A program made the translations under genes and the position numbers. A stretch of 64,000 bases of DNA from contig NC_069003.1 of the NCBI RefSeq assembly GCF_001194135.2, forward strand, positions 11,805,529-11,869,528. Direction: 5' to 3'. The notes beneath the pieces are model-generated. The model had not been told where the DNA came from. It did not search any database and saw nothing but the letters and a program-made list of their open reading frames with translations. Origin of the DNA: Octopus bimaculoides. Taxonomy: Eukaryota. Of the stretch, positions 11,313-24,490 are shown piece by piece. How positions within the stretch are numbered: position 1 is the stretch's first letter; each line of letters starts with the position of its first letter.

Positions 11313-11900
11313 ACAATAAAATGTATTGAATATAATAATTCATTTCCGCCATCTATTGATATAATTGGTAGCATGGGCCAAAGAATCCCTCTTTGGTACC
11401 AAGTAGCTTCACAGGATTATGAGTTACCATTGGTCAAATTTTGTATCCAACCAATGGCTATACTCAGAAACTGGAGTGCGTCCAAGTTACTTATATGATT
11501 CAGAAAGGTCAGCTTAGACTCTTTATTGCTTGATTTTTCCCAGCTGAATCCTGTGTATCGTGTTCTCCTCTATTTGTCACCTTCCTGTCTTTTAATAATC
11601 ATCATCATATAGGGTTCCATACAGGGAGCTGGCAGAATCATTAGCATGCTGGGCAAACTGGTTAGTGGTATTTCATCTGTCTTCACATTCTGAGTTCAAA
11701 TTTTGGTATCAATAATTTCTTTCTCTGGTTTTGGATTTGTACTTTTGATGTGGCTTTGTATCATATACATATGTGTTATATTCCGAAAGTTACAACTTTG
11801 AAGAATATATAAAAAAAAAAAATTTTTTAAAAAGCAGAAGAGCCATCAAGAACAATGTAGAGGCTGTTGAGAAATCGTTTTGATGGCTCTGGCTACTAAT

Positions 11901-12316
11901 GAGGTGATTGGTGGAGTCAACCAGATGAGGTGATTGCTGGAGTTGAGAGAATGAGGTGATTGGTGGACTCGACAGAAAGAGGTAATTGATGGAGTCGACC
12001 AGATGAGCTGATTGGTGGAGTTGAGAGAATGAGGTGATTGATGGACTCGACAGAAAGAGGTGATTGATGGAGTCGACCAGATGAGCTGATTGGTGGAGTT
12101 GAGAGAATGAGGTGATTGATGGACTCGACAGAAAGAGGTGATTGATGGAGTTGACCAGATGAGGTGATTGGTGGAGTTGAGAGAATGAGGTGATTGATGG
12201 ACTCGACAGAAAGAGGTGACTGATGGAGTCGACCAGATGAGGTGATTGATGGACTCAACAGAAAGAGGTGATTGGTGGAATCAAGAGTACAAGGTGATTG
12301 GTGGAGTCAACAGAAT
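11901..12316. repeat. 26-bp minisatellite, 16 units, with a 78-bp three-unit higher-order structure
   Basis: Units GAGGTGATTG(G/A)TGGA(G/C)T(C/T)GA+ccagat / gagaat / cagaaa, cycling A-B-C. Confidence 0.92.
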
Positions 12317-13628
12317 GTCACTTGGACACAGGCCCAGGCTTCTTCAAGCTTGGTCAGGTACACCTGAATAAGGGTGTTATATTATCAGACCGGAGCATCC
12401 CAGTGACTAAAATACAACATTGATGATTTGTTCAAGTATAGTGTTTTAGATGTGTGAACAGGATGCTTGCCTTGCAACCACATGGTTTTATGTTCAGTCC
12501 CACTGCACAGCCCCTTAGGTGAGTGAATTTGGTAGCCGAGTCAGAAACTGTGAAAGCATATTGCATGTCTGTGTTTGTCCTGCACCACCACTTGAGAACC
12601 TGAGTGGGTTTGTTTATGTCCCTATAACTCAGCAGTTCAGCAAAAGAACCAAATATAATAAGAACCAGGCTTAAAAATAAGTACTGGGGTAGATTTATTT
12701 GACTAAACCCTTCAAGGTGGTGCTCCAGTATGACCACAGTCCAATGAGTGAAAGATCATCATCATCGTTTAATGTCTGTTTTCCATGCTGGCTTGAGTTG
12801 GATGGTTTGACAGGAGCTAGCTGGACTCAAATTGTCTGTTGTGGCATGGTTTCTACAGTTGGATGCCCTTCCTAATGCCAACCACTTTACAGAGAGCGCT
12901 GGGAGTGTTTTATGTGCCACTGGCACGAGTGCATTTTATGTTTACACAGCACAGGCACAAACACATTGGATCAAGATAAAAAGAAATTGGTATTTTCATC
13001 ATTTTCAAAATAATAAATTTATATGTTGTTTTTGATATGAATTCTCTTGTTAAAATAAATTTTTATTTATTGTCTAATTAAAATAAGGGTGGTGATGAGG
13101 GGAGGGGATACATTCTTAAATTATAGATGCTGGTTCTGGAACTCTCTGAAAATCACAATTACATAAAGGGCTCCTTCACAAAACCACTGTGGCAGGACAT
13201 GGTTTGCGTTTGAGAGAGACTTAGCTGCTCTTTCTTTCAAGCTAGGCAATTGCATGATTAACATTGTTCTGGTTATTCTTGTTTTTGATTTTGTTGTAGT
13301 TTATAATAACAGTCCAGGCAGATTTGATGTGATAGACATTAATTGTTTGGAACATTATTTGAAAGACAAAGCATACAAAAAAAAAAAAAAAATTTTTTTC
13401 TTTTCTTTAAACTATCTTTATTCCATTGTATAAACTACAGATTAATACACACAATACTTCCAGAGATTCTTTGGCTCCAAGTAAAGAATTTTGAACATCA
13501 GAGTAGCCCAGCAGTAAATATACATGACAACATAATTATTTATGTATTGTATGCACATAAGTATTTATGCAATATATATATATTTACATATATTCATATA
13601 TGCATATATATAAATGCACAAATACTCA

Positions 13629-13782
13629 TATGGTTGTGATCAAAAGTTTGGAACATAGGTCTGAAAATTAGAATTTTTATATCAAATGGCCAAAGTTATA
13701 TTTAATTTGCAATATATTATTACTACTTACAATAATATGGTAGATATAACAATTTTACTCCAAACTTTTGGCCACGACTGTA
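13629..13782. mobile_element. Short Tc1-type MITE remnant
   Basis: Degenerate TIRs TAtggttgtgatcaaaagtttgga / tccaaacttttggccacgactgTA (Tc1-like CAGTCGTGGCCAAAAGTTT). Confidence 0.6.
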
Positions 13783-14039
13783 ATATGCATAGACATCCAC
13801 ACTCACACTCGCGTTTATATACATATGCATACTTACATATACATGGGTGTCTGTGTGTGTGAAGCGAGTCAAAAGTTTTGGAATATTTGCACATGTGCAA
13901 GTTTGCGGTGTGCATATCGTGCGACCGAAGCAGTCCAAGCCATGGAAGGTACTGGCTGAGGTTGGTAGTATCATGGTAGTTGGCACACTGGTATGTTGTG
14001 CATTGCTTCTCTGTATGTGATTTGAAAGCCACACAGAAG

Positions 14040-14670
14040 AATGTGCAACGTAGTCTAATTCAGGAACTTATTTATGAGTTCAAACAGCAACTCAGAAGCA
14101 ACTATAAACATTCATTGTGCAAAAGATAATGGTGCAGTTAACCACAGCACAGTAACAAGATGGTTCAAGAAATTTTGCTCAGGCTGCAAGAACCTTGACA
14201 ATCAGGCAAGATCGGGTAGGCCTAAAACCATGGATTCCGAGGCTGTGCTACAAGCCATAAAGCCAAATATGGCAAGTAGTAACTTGAGAGCATCAGGCAA
14301 GCTCAACATCTCAGGGATGTATGCCACTGTGCAGCCAAAATACCCAGCATTGGTTAACAGGTGAGCTCTTCTACAGCAAGACAATGCAAGACCTCATACT
14401 GTTCAAACGACCCAGAATAAACTCCAGGAACACAAGAGTATTGAACTGAAGCCACACCCAACATATAGTCTGGACCTAGCTCCCTCGAATTATTAATTGT
14501 TCTCATCCATGGCTCACTTCCTGTTCTTGCAATGCTTCATCAACCAAGGGGAAGTTGAATCTTCAGTGAAGGAGCTTTTTATCTCAGAAGACAAGAACCA
14601 GTATCAACATGGGATCAAAGAACTGGCAGAAAAGATGGCTTCAGACGATGCAACACAATGGCCTCTACTT
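14040..14670 (+). pseudogene. Internally deleted, degenerate mariner transposase
   Basis: HTH region TVTRWFKKF...ARSGRP, then QQDNARPHT and PTYSLDLAPSNY; contains stops and frameshifts. Confidence 0.85.
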
Positions 14671-14809
14671 TGAATGCTAAACTGCTTTTGCTGTAACTTG
14701 ACGAATAAATCAAACAAGTCACCAAAATATTGCAAAACTTTTAACCAAACAATATATTTACACACACACACAAGCATATGCGTGCACAAACATACACACA
14801 CACAAATAC

Positions 14810-14858
<49 letters not shown>

Positions 14859-14866
14859 CACACACA

Positions 14867-15174
14867 CAAGGTATCCCAGAATTAACTATTTCAATGAAAT
14901 TGGGCAAATTCGAAAAAAGCTGACAAAATTTATTACTTAATTATGATACCAAAACAAATAGATTTATAAATCTTATAAGTTGTCCTTGGTGGTATTTGAA
15001 CTCAGAGTATAAAGAATTGGAAGAAATTCTGCTAAGAATTTTGTCTATATTATAAAAAAAATTTTAATTTATACTTTTAACACATATTAAACATGACAAG
15101 CATCAATAAAAGTGAGTTTTAAAAGATAACTACCAGATTTTACAGAAACAGATAGTTAATTCTGAGACACCTTA
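14867..15174. mobile_element. Tc1/mariner-type MITE (about 305 bp)
   Basis: Imperfect TIRs AAGGTATCCCAGAATTAACTAT / ATAGTTAATTCTGAGACACCTT; a related end lies near 33937. Confidence 0.65.
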
Positions 15175-15184
15175 TGTGTGCGTG

Positions 15185-15232
<48 letters not shown>

Positions 15233-15237
15233 TATAT

Positions 15238-16439
15238 ATCAGGTCATTAAGAATGAAATGTCCAATTTTCTTATGCACCAAGTTTGACAGTCATTAACTA
15301 ATGTTTTATCCCGACAATTCTTTGTTTTATGACATTGAAGAGTTACATCACTTTTCAAAATGCAATTCATGGTGTCTGATTATATTTTGAGTTTTCTCTT
15401 GTAAATCAATTTTTGTGAACCCATGGATAGATCAAAAATTCATATTGTTTATGAATATGAGTTCTATCATGAAACCAATGCTTCCCAGACAGCTTGAAAC
15501 ATCAATGAGGTGTTTGGTGAAGATGTGGCGAATGAGTGCACTGTACGTTGGTGGTTTGAGAAGTTCCAGTCTGGTAACTTTACTCTTGAAAATCAGCCCC
15601 GTGATAGACCTGAAACCAAGGTGGATAATGATGAGCTGGAAACTGTAGTGGAAGTGGATACATCTCAAACTAAGTGCGAGTTAGCAGCCATGTTTAATGT
15701 TTTGATTCCAACTGTATTGGACCATCTGAAACAAATCAGCAAGGTAAAGAAGCTGGACAAGTGGGTACTACACGAACTGAACAAGCATCAAATGACCCAT
15801 CGTCTTCAAACTTGCCGTTCTTTGCTGTCATGGCATAAAAGCGAACTATTTTTGCATTGTATTGTTTTGTGTGATGAAAAATGGTTTATTTTAAACAATA
15901 GCAAACATTCTGCACAGTGACTGGAGAGAGACAAAGTGCCAAAACACAATCCAAAAAAAGCTAACGGTGTCTGTTCTGTGGTCCAGTGTTGGTGTCATCC
16001 ACTACAGCTTCATGAGACCTGGTAAGTTAATTACAGCAGATGTATACATTAAGCAATTGGATGAAATGATAAGTGAACTTGCAATTAAACCAGGCCAATT
16101 CTCTTGCAAGACAATGCTTGACCACATGGTGCACAAAGAACGCTACTCAAGTTACAGGAACTGAACTTGGAAGTACTCTGTCATCCACCATATTCACCAG
16201 ACCTTGCACCGATTGACTATCACATTTTCCAGGCATTAGACAACTATTTGCAAGGAAAAAACTTCAAATCTGAAGAAGATGCAAAAACAGCCTTTTGTGA
16301 TTTCATCGCCTCTTGCTCTCCAGAATTCTTCGCTGCCGGCATAAATAAGCTACCGATAAAATGGGAAAATTGTGTTGATAATTTAGGTGCATACTTTGAT
16401 TAACTGCGTTGTTTTTTGTTGAGATAAAGTAAAATAAAC
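15238..16439 (+). pseudogene. Near full-length degenerate mariner element (D,D34D transposase); 3' end runs into an N gap
   Basis: TVRWWFEKF, PRDRP, KWVLHEL (WVPHEL), CDEKW, HPPYSPDLAPIDYH, INKLPIKWENCV; several stops and frameshifts. 5' TIR-like TATCAGGTCAT at 15237. Confidence 0.92.
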
Positions 16440-17760
16440 NNNNNNNNNNNNNNNNNNNNNNNNNNNNNNNNNNNNNNNNNNNNNNNNNNNNNNNNNNNNN
16501 NNNNNNNNNNNNNNNNNNNNNNNNNNNNNNNNNNNNNNNNNNNNNNNNNNNNNNNNNNNNNNNNNNNNNNNNNNNNNNNNNNNNNNNNNNNNNNNNNNNN
16601 NNNNNNNNNNNNNNNNNNNNNNNNNNNNNNNNNNNNNNNNNNNNNNNNNNNNNNNNNNNNNNNNNNNNNNNNNNNNNNNNNNNNNNNNNNNNNNNNNNNN
16701 NNNNNNNNNNNNNNNNNNNNNNNNNNNNNNNNNNNNNNNNNNNNNNNNNNNNNNNNNNNNNNNNNNNNNNNNNNNNNNNNNNNNNNNNNNNNNNNNNNNN
16801 NNNNNNNNNNNNNNNNNNNNNNNNNNNNNNNNNNNNNNNNNNNNNNNNNNNNNNNNNNNNNNNNNNNNNNNNNNNNNNNNNNNNNNNNNNNNNNNNNNNN
16901 NNNNNNNNNNNNNAAAAAAAAAAAAAAAAAAAATTACATTTTCCATTTTTTTTTTAATTGTTATTTTTCTTTTAATGGGATTCTTTTGTGCATACATATT
17001 CCTGCTCTGCACCATTCCATCCTATCCTGCTCAAACAAGAAAATGTCTGGCTCTGTTTTTTTTTTGTATTTAAAAAAAAATTTTTTGTTTTATTTTTTTA
17101 TGATTCTGATTCAGACAGCTGTGTATGAGAAGATCACAATCGTCATTCTTAACATCCACTTTTCCAAGCTTGTATTGATCAAAACAGAAGTTCGTTGAGA
17201 TGGATTTTCTATGACTGGATACCTTTCTTGCTGCCAGTCTTCACATGTTTCCAAGTAAGATAATATTTACTCCACTGGTTCCCACCTCATGGTTTTCATT
17301 GAAGATAGAAACTACATCACTGTGATACTTGTTTACTGCTTTCCCATGATGTCAAAGCAAGGGTACACACAGCCACACACACATCTTTTTACCTTGTTTC
17401 AGCTATTAAACTGCAGCCACGCCAAAACAGTCTTTCAGACATTTTTTCAGGAAAAGAAATGTTTCTTTGAGCATGACATAAGAAACTTACTTTGCTGTTG
17501 GGCTGCAGTCATTGAAAACGATAGTGATTAGATTCTTGATTAAAACTATTCAGATAAATGTAGTTTACATTCAGTTTTATATCCTTTCTGGGAAAACACA
17601 ATTACTTTCCAAACACTCTAATATATATCGCTAATACAACGACCTATGTTATAATCCCCACTCTTGTTTATACAACGAATGGGGCAAAACTAGCCGGTAT
17701 ACAGCACTTACTCGGTATTACCTGTATCTTTGGGTTTGGTTGAATCCAATACCCTTCTTA

Positions 17761-17806
<46 letters not shown>

Positions 17807-18226
17807 GGTATGTTGGTGCATGTGTGTGTGTGTGTGTGTGTGTGCACCCACACACCTATGATGGGCTACTTTCAGTTTGTCTACCAGATCCACTCACAAG
17901 GTTGTTATCAGCATATCCACTCACAAGGTTGTTATCAGCATGTGGCATCTTGGGCAAATGCCCAAGATACCACAGAGAGGGACTGAACCCAAGACCATAT
18001 AGTTAGAAGACCAACTTCTTAACCACACAGCAACACCTGCAGCAAATGGCCTGTTCATGAGCATTTTTTCTTATTATTTATAGCCAGTGTCTTCAGAGTG
18101 GAGTCTTGTGACTAACCAAGCTGCTTATGTAAGGTTGTAGTTTTTTTTTTCCTTTTTTAACATTCTAACTGACCTCAATTGGCTGTCACAGAGTTTGAAC
18201 CCCAGTTTCTTACTAATCGACTACAT

Positions 18227-18760
18227 CAGTGGTTCTCAACCGGGGTACATATAAGATTTTTGGGGATCTACAGTGGTATTTTAAGGGCCCCCTAAAACAA
18301 TTTTGCTAGAAGCAGCTAGATTTCTTTCTCTAACATTTTACATAATTCAGCCTACACAAGTTAATGTGTGAAAAACAAAAAAAGGAATTTTGAAAGAAGA
18401 ATCCATAAAACTAGTTTTTAAACATCAAATGGCTATGGAGGTCCACCAGAGAAAATAGTAATGAAATGGGTCTATAAATTAAAAAACTGGTTAAGAAACT
18501 CTGACATAAGACTTTTGGAGGAAAATAGTAAACTGGGAATTGATGAAAAAATTTTGCTTTAAATGTATCTATTGCAAGAAACAGTTAGGTTTCTAATTCT
18601 ATTGTTTTACACAGTTCAGCTTATATGAGTTAATGTGTGAAAAACAAAATGAAAATTTTGAAAGAAGTGCTTATGAAATTAATTTTTAAACTTTGGGGTT
18701 CACTAGAAAATATAGTAATTAAAGGGGTCCATACATTAAAAAAATGATTGAGAACCACTG
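18227..18760. mobile_element. hAT (Charlie-like) MITE with an internal tandem duplication of its 3' part
   Basis: TIRs CAGTGGTTCTCAA / TTGAGAACCACTG; about 200 bp of internal direct repeat; degenerate 8-bp flanks. Confidence 0.75.
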
Positions 18761-20499
18761 AGCTAGATCAATTAATTAGCCAATCCTAATGACAACACAA
18801 CTTCTATTAAATCATAGAAGACCATACAGTTTTTCTTAATATCAAGATGCCTAAAAAACTTTTATAAATTTTTGTGCCCATGACATTTTAAAGGGTCTCT
18901 TAAGACTGGCACAAAGGAGAGGGGTATCCTCAAATCTGAGACTAGGTCCCAGATGAATGCTTGCAGCAATGTGGTCTTTTCTAAAAGTAGCCAAAATGCT
19001 AGGTTGTGGTTTTAAACCAGGTGCCAGATTTAAGTCACGTTGCTCATGGCAGGATTTGAACTCAGAATGCCAAGTGAGTGAAGAAATACTGTAAAGCATC
19101 CTGTCTAACATTCATACAGAACCTGAGCAGGCCATGAGTGGGATTTGAACTCAGAATACAAAGAACTTGAAGAATTATTACAAGGCAGTCAGTCTGACGT
19201 TTTTACAGTCCTCAAGTTGACCATGGGTGAGATTTGAACTTAGAATGCAAAGAGCCAGAACAAACACCACAAGGCATTTAGACTGGCATTCTTACTGCTT
19301 TCCGAATCTGCGACCAAGGAATTTTATTTTATTGACCCCTAAAGGGTCAAAGGAAAAGTTGACCATGGTAGGAAATGAACTTAGCATACAGACAATTGGA
19401 ACAAATACTTCCAAAGTATCTCATGATACTAACAACCCTGCTAATTCCACTATCTGTGATGAATGTTAAAAAACAGCAGAGTCCCAAGAGAGAAAAGGAT
19501 GTTTGTTGAAAAAAATTGAAAGAAAACACTAAATGAAAAACTATTAAGAATAAAAATCTGCCATGAGCCTACAGGCACATGGGGCCAGAGTTTATCAGGG
19601 TTTCCAAGGTATTTAGGTGACTGAGGGAGGGCACAAAGAACAAGACCCCATGCACCCACTGAACAGCACCAGTTCATCTCAGCTGTCACTATTAATCATT
19701 TTCTGTTCACCATACTGGAGCATAATGACATGACAGAAACACAAATGTGCTGCTTGGTCCTACCAATCATAAGCCAAACACTCTAACCATTAGGCAATGG
19801 GACTTCACACTGAACTGAATGCTACAGATTAATTAGATTTGATCAGCTCAGTTTAAATTCTTCCAGAGTCAGTGACACTTCTTTGCATTCCATCAAGGTT
19901 TGACAAGTACCAGTAATATATTGAGGATGATTCAATCATTATTGTTGCTGTTAAAGTTAAGGTGGCAAGCTGGAAGAATTGTTCCCATGTCAGTCAAAAT
20001 GCTTAGTGGTATTTCTTCTAGCACTTATGCTATGAGTTCAAATCCCACCAAATTGAATTTGCCTTTTTATCTGTTTTGGTTTGATAAAATACATGCCAGT
20101 CAAACACTGGGGTCAATATATTTGACTAACCTTCCTCCCAACAAAATAACAGGCTTTGTACCTGTAGTAGAAGCACTAATTTACAAGCAGAAATTTCAAA
20201 ATCCCACACCAACCAGATTGGTACCTTGCACAACACAGCATTAATTAACTTGTTTCATTTATACTAATGTACATGTACCTGTATTTCATTTCATTATTTA
20301 AGTAAATGTAATATTTCTTTAATTTAGAATGTGTTATCAAAGGTGATCACCCCTGGTTTGGAAAAATCAGTAAGCCAAAAAAGGTTTTGGAATCAAGGAT
20401 TCTGAACAAAAATCGATGTACCTGTAGTTTATCAATCAACAAAATTCATTGGATATTAAGTCTTGCATGGTAGTATCGATCTTCAGTCTCTCTCTTAGT

Positions 20500-20800
20500 G
20501 GAATTCTGCCTTAAGCACCCCATATTAATCCCTCATAACTTCTTTTGGGGGGGGGGGAATTTTCAGAAAATTTTTGCAAGTTTGTATTCTACACGCATGA
20601 AATCACACACCTATGCAAAAACCTGATGTGATTTAAGGGATATTTAGCTGTTATTTTTAGCACCACCTCATAGCATCCTCGTTTGTTGGTCACTTTGATG
20701 TATTGATGCTTTTCAATATCTTTCTGTCTATAAACACATTTAATGATCCACTGCTGGGATTTAAGCCAGAAATTCAAACTGTATTTTGAACTGTGGTTTA
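20500..20800 (-). mobile_element. Degenerate mariner 5' fragment
   Basis: Weak similarity to a transposase N-terminus (HIRFLHR) next to a TIR-like end. Confidence 0.35.
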
Positions 20801-21155
20801 AAACAAAAAAATCATTTTTTTTGTTTTTTTTTTTGCATTGTCGTATGAATTCTCATNNNNNNNNNNNNNNNNNNNNNNNNNNNNNNNNNNNNNNNNNNNN
20901 NNNNNNNNNNNNNNNNNNNNNNNNNNNNNNNNNNNNNNNNNNNNNNNNNNNNNNNNNNNNNNNNNNNNNNNNNNNNNNNNNNNNNNNNNNNNNNNNNNNN
21001 NNNNNNNNNNNNNNNNNNNNNNNNNNNNNNNNNNNNNNNNNNNNNNNNNNNNNNNNNNNNNNNNNGGGGGGGGGGGATAATTATATATTTTGGTTTGGAT
21101 CAATGGATGGATGGCTGGATGGATGGATGGATGGATTGTTGGTATCACGACATCA

Positions 21156-21256
21156 TTATTCAATAGCAGGTTTTTTGAGGAACGAAGAAATCTGAGATGC
21201 ATCCGAAGGTATCTGTGTGAGTTGAACTTCTTCTTCCAGGCTGTTGTCTGTCGTAT
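21156..21256 (-). CDS. wls: wls last coding exon: [33 protein letters not shown]
   Basis: Acceptor caccAG, TAA stop at 21158-21156; resembles the human tail (EELQLT...KEAQE). Confidence 0.9.
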
Positions 21257-21293
21257 CTGGTGAGAACGAAATAAGAGAAAAGAGGTACAAAAA

Positions 21294-21345
<52 letters not shown>

Positions 21346-22782
21346 GCAAACCACAGCACATACCCAAGGCACACAGAGCTGCGCTTGGTAGTGAAGTGAA
21401 AGCACGTTATAAAAATAAAAGTACTGAATAATAATAATAATAATAATCTGGAAAAAATGGAGTCCTGCCACATGAGCAGAAGGGTTGCAAGCGTAAGTGC
21501 AGAGGTACCAAGGATCAACTCCTGATTGACAAAACTGTACTCAGAGATTGCAAGAGGAGGAAAAATAACTTAGCCATGTCATGGATCAACTATCGTAAGG
21601 CATATTCCACATTCTTGAATTATGGAGTGTATGAACCTATTTGGTATTGCATCGAATGTTGAGCGATTGCTTGGAAAAAGTATGGCGAATTGGAGGATGG
21701 ACCTGACAGCATACGGAAGACGTTTAGGGACAGTTGAAATTACGAGGGGCATCTTCCAAGGGGACTTCCTATCCCCACTGATCTTTGTACTGTGCTTGAT
21801 ACCACTGACACTGATTCTGAGGAAAGCAAAAGCTGGGTATGTATTCAAAAGCCGCCAACAAAAAGTCAACCATTTGTTATTCATGGATGACCTCAAACTT
21901 TATGGTAGATGAAGCCCAAGTGAGTTCCCTCATTGATACGGTGTATACTTTCAGTGCTGATATCAGACTGAGAAAGACCATGGGATTGCACCAAGAAAGT
22001 TACCTTCCGAGGCACAAGTCCAGGCAAGGTTGTTTATGGAAGACCAGCAGTTGCCCATGCATACCAGCCTCCTCTCTCCACACCACTGATGTTATCCAAG
22101 GGAAAGGCAAAGGCCGATACAGCTTGGCACCAGTGACACTCACAACTCATTTCTACAGCTGAGTGAACTGGAGCAATGTGAAATAAAGTGTCTTCCTCAA
22201 AAACACAACACGCAGCCCGGTTTGGGATTCAAACTCACAACTTCACGGTCATAAGTTCGATGCTCCAACCACTGAGCCATGCGCCTTCACATATTTATAT
22301 ATGTATATATATAAATATATGAATTCAGGCATTTACCTAAGGACACACTCCTTCAGACAGTGGCAATCTAAAAATTACTACTACCACTACCAATACTACC
22401 ACCTCCTTACTACAACTATTACTACTACTATTTAAACAACTACCACTACTATTACAATCACCATCACAACTTCCACTACTCTCACCACCACCAATATTAC
22501 TATTATTTCAACAACAACCACTACTATTGCTACCACCACTGCAACTGTGACTACTTCTACAACTACTACTATTATTTAAACAACCACTGCCACTACTACT
22601 GTCACCACCACCATTACAAATAACTGCTGCTACAGGTGCAAAAACAATGACATTGAGTTACCATCGATGATCTGTTTGGTCTTGTGAGACGGAGCGTACA
22701 TACAGAGTAATCCAAAAACATAGACATTCCACATTCCATATACTCCTGCAATAGAAAGAGAGAGAGGATGAGTGAGTGGGTG

Positions 22783-22828
<46 letters not shown>

Positions 22829-23972
22829 TGTATGTGGTGTGTGTATGAGGTAAGTGAGGGTGATGTGACAGGTGTGTGTACGCGTGAGTATGTGGGTGTA
22901 TGTGTGTATGAAGAGTGTTAGGGTTATGTGACAGGTGTGTGGGCATATNNNNNNNNNNNNNNNNNNNNNNNNNNNNNNNNNNNNNNNNNNNNNNNNNNNN
23001 NNNNNNNNNNNNNNNNNNNNNNNNNNNNNNNNNNNNNNNNNNNNNNNNNNNNNNNNNNNNNNNNNNNNNNNNNNNNNNNNNNNNNNNNNNNNNNNNNNNN
23101 NNNNNNNNNNNNNNNNNNNNNNNNNNNNNNNNNNNNNNNNNNNNNNNNNNNNNNNNNNNNNNNNNNNNNNNNNNNNNNNNNNNNNNNNNNNNNNNNNNNN
23201 NNNNNNNNNNNNNNNNNNNNNNNNNNNNNNNNNNNNNNNNNNNNNNNNAGGTTGTGGTGCTGTGCGTGCTCAATGTTTAGAGAGAGAGAGAGAAAGACAG
23301 TTAATGGGTGTTCTGTGTGTTCATGTGCTTGTGCGAGCGTGCGTGTGTGTGTGTGTGTGTGCGCATTTGTGTATGCATGTGTGTGCATGTTTAGGCCTTG
23401 GTGTGGGATAAACTTCTGCATGTCCAATGTTTGGAGAGAAAGGGGGAGGGAGAGAGAGAAACAAAAGGAAAAAGAGAGGTGGGATACGGGAAGAGGGAGA
23501 GAAAGTGAGGGGGAAAGGATGACATCAATGACTGGGGGCAAAGTAGAATGAAGAGGTGGTACAGTGTCACAAAGGGTCCAGAGAGGGAAGTCAATAGAGT
23601 CTGAGGAGGGGAGGACAAGAGAAATGGCCTTACCTGTGAAGAAGGCACTGGTATATTCAAGTGAGGGGGACTCATCCCCCCACTTCCACTGTCCCTCGCT
23701 CACTTGGCTAATGATGAAGAAGATTACGGTGAGAGCTGCACACACGAGAGTGGCCAACATCAGGAACTTGAACCGATAGATCAGACCCTACAACATCAAC
23801 AAAGGCAACAGTGTTAGTAACAATCACATATATATACATTTTATATATACAGGGTGTCCACAAAGTCTGGGTACATGGGATTTACACATTATTTCTTATA
23901 TTTAATTGTTTATGTTATGATTTTATTTACTCCATGTACCCAGACTTTGTGGACACCCTGTATTATACATAT

Positions 23973-24006
<34 letters not shown>

Positions 24007-24459
24007 GGGATACTTAAAAGTCCCTAGCTTTGGGTAAAAGAACATGCAGGAGGATCAGTTAATTATGATTTTATTCAACATATTCCCCTCTCAAATNNNN
24101 NNNNNNNNNNNNNNNNNNNNNNNNNNNNNNNNNNNNNNNNNNNNNNNNNNNNNNNNNNNNNNNNNNNNNNNNNNNNNNNNNNNNNNNNNNNNNNNNTCAG
24201 TGAATTTATTTCACTTGAAATTCTATAAGTTTTCAACAGTGATTTAGAGCTAGCAAGGCCAAGCTACTCCAAACTGATAAAGGGCAACTACCCTGAAACT
24301 AGTCTCTGGATGCTGGCTTTATTGGGTAGAGGTGCTTATCTTTCCTGCTCAAAAACTTAAGGATACAGAACGCTTGTGTCATGTAGCCAACTGGAAACGG
24401 TGTTTCTTGGGGCTAAATGGCAGTAGTATTCTTCCCTTTCCTGGGACTGCCACATTAAG

Positions 24460-24490
<31 letters not shown>

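Noticed and set aside
11901-12316. Regular repeats as a possible CRISPR array
   Set aside because: No unique spacers, eukaryotic context and no cas genes; it is a minisatellite.
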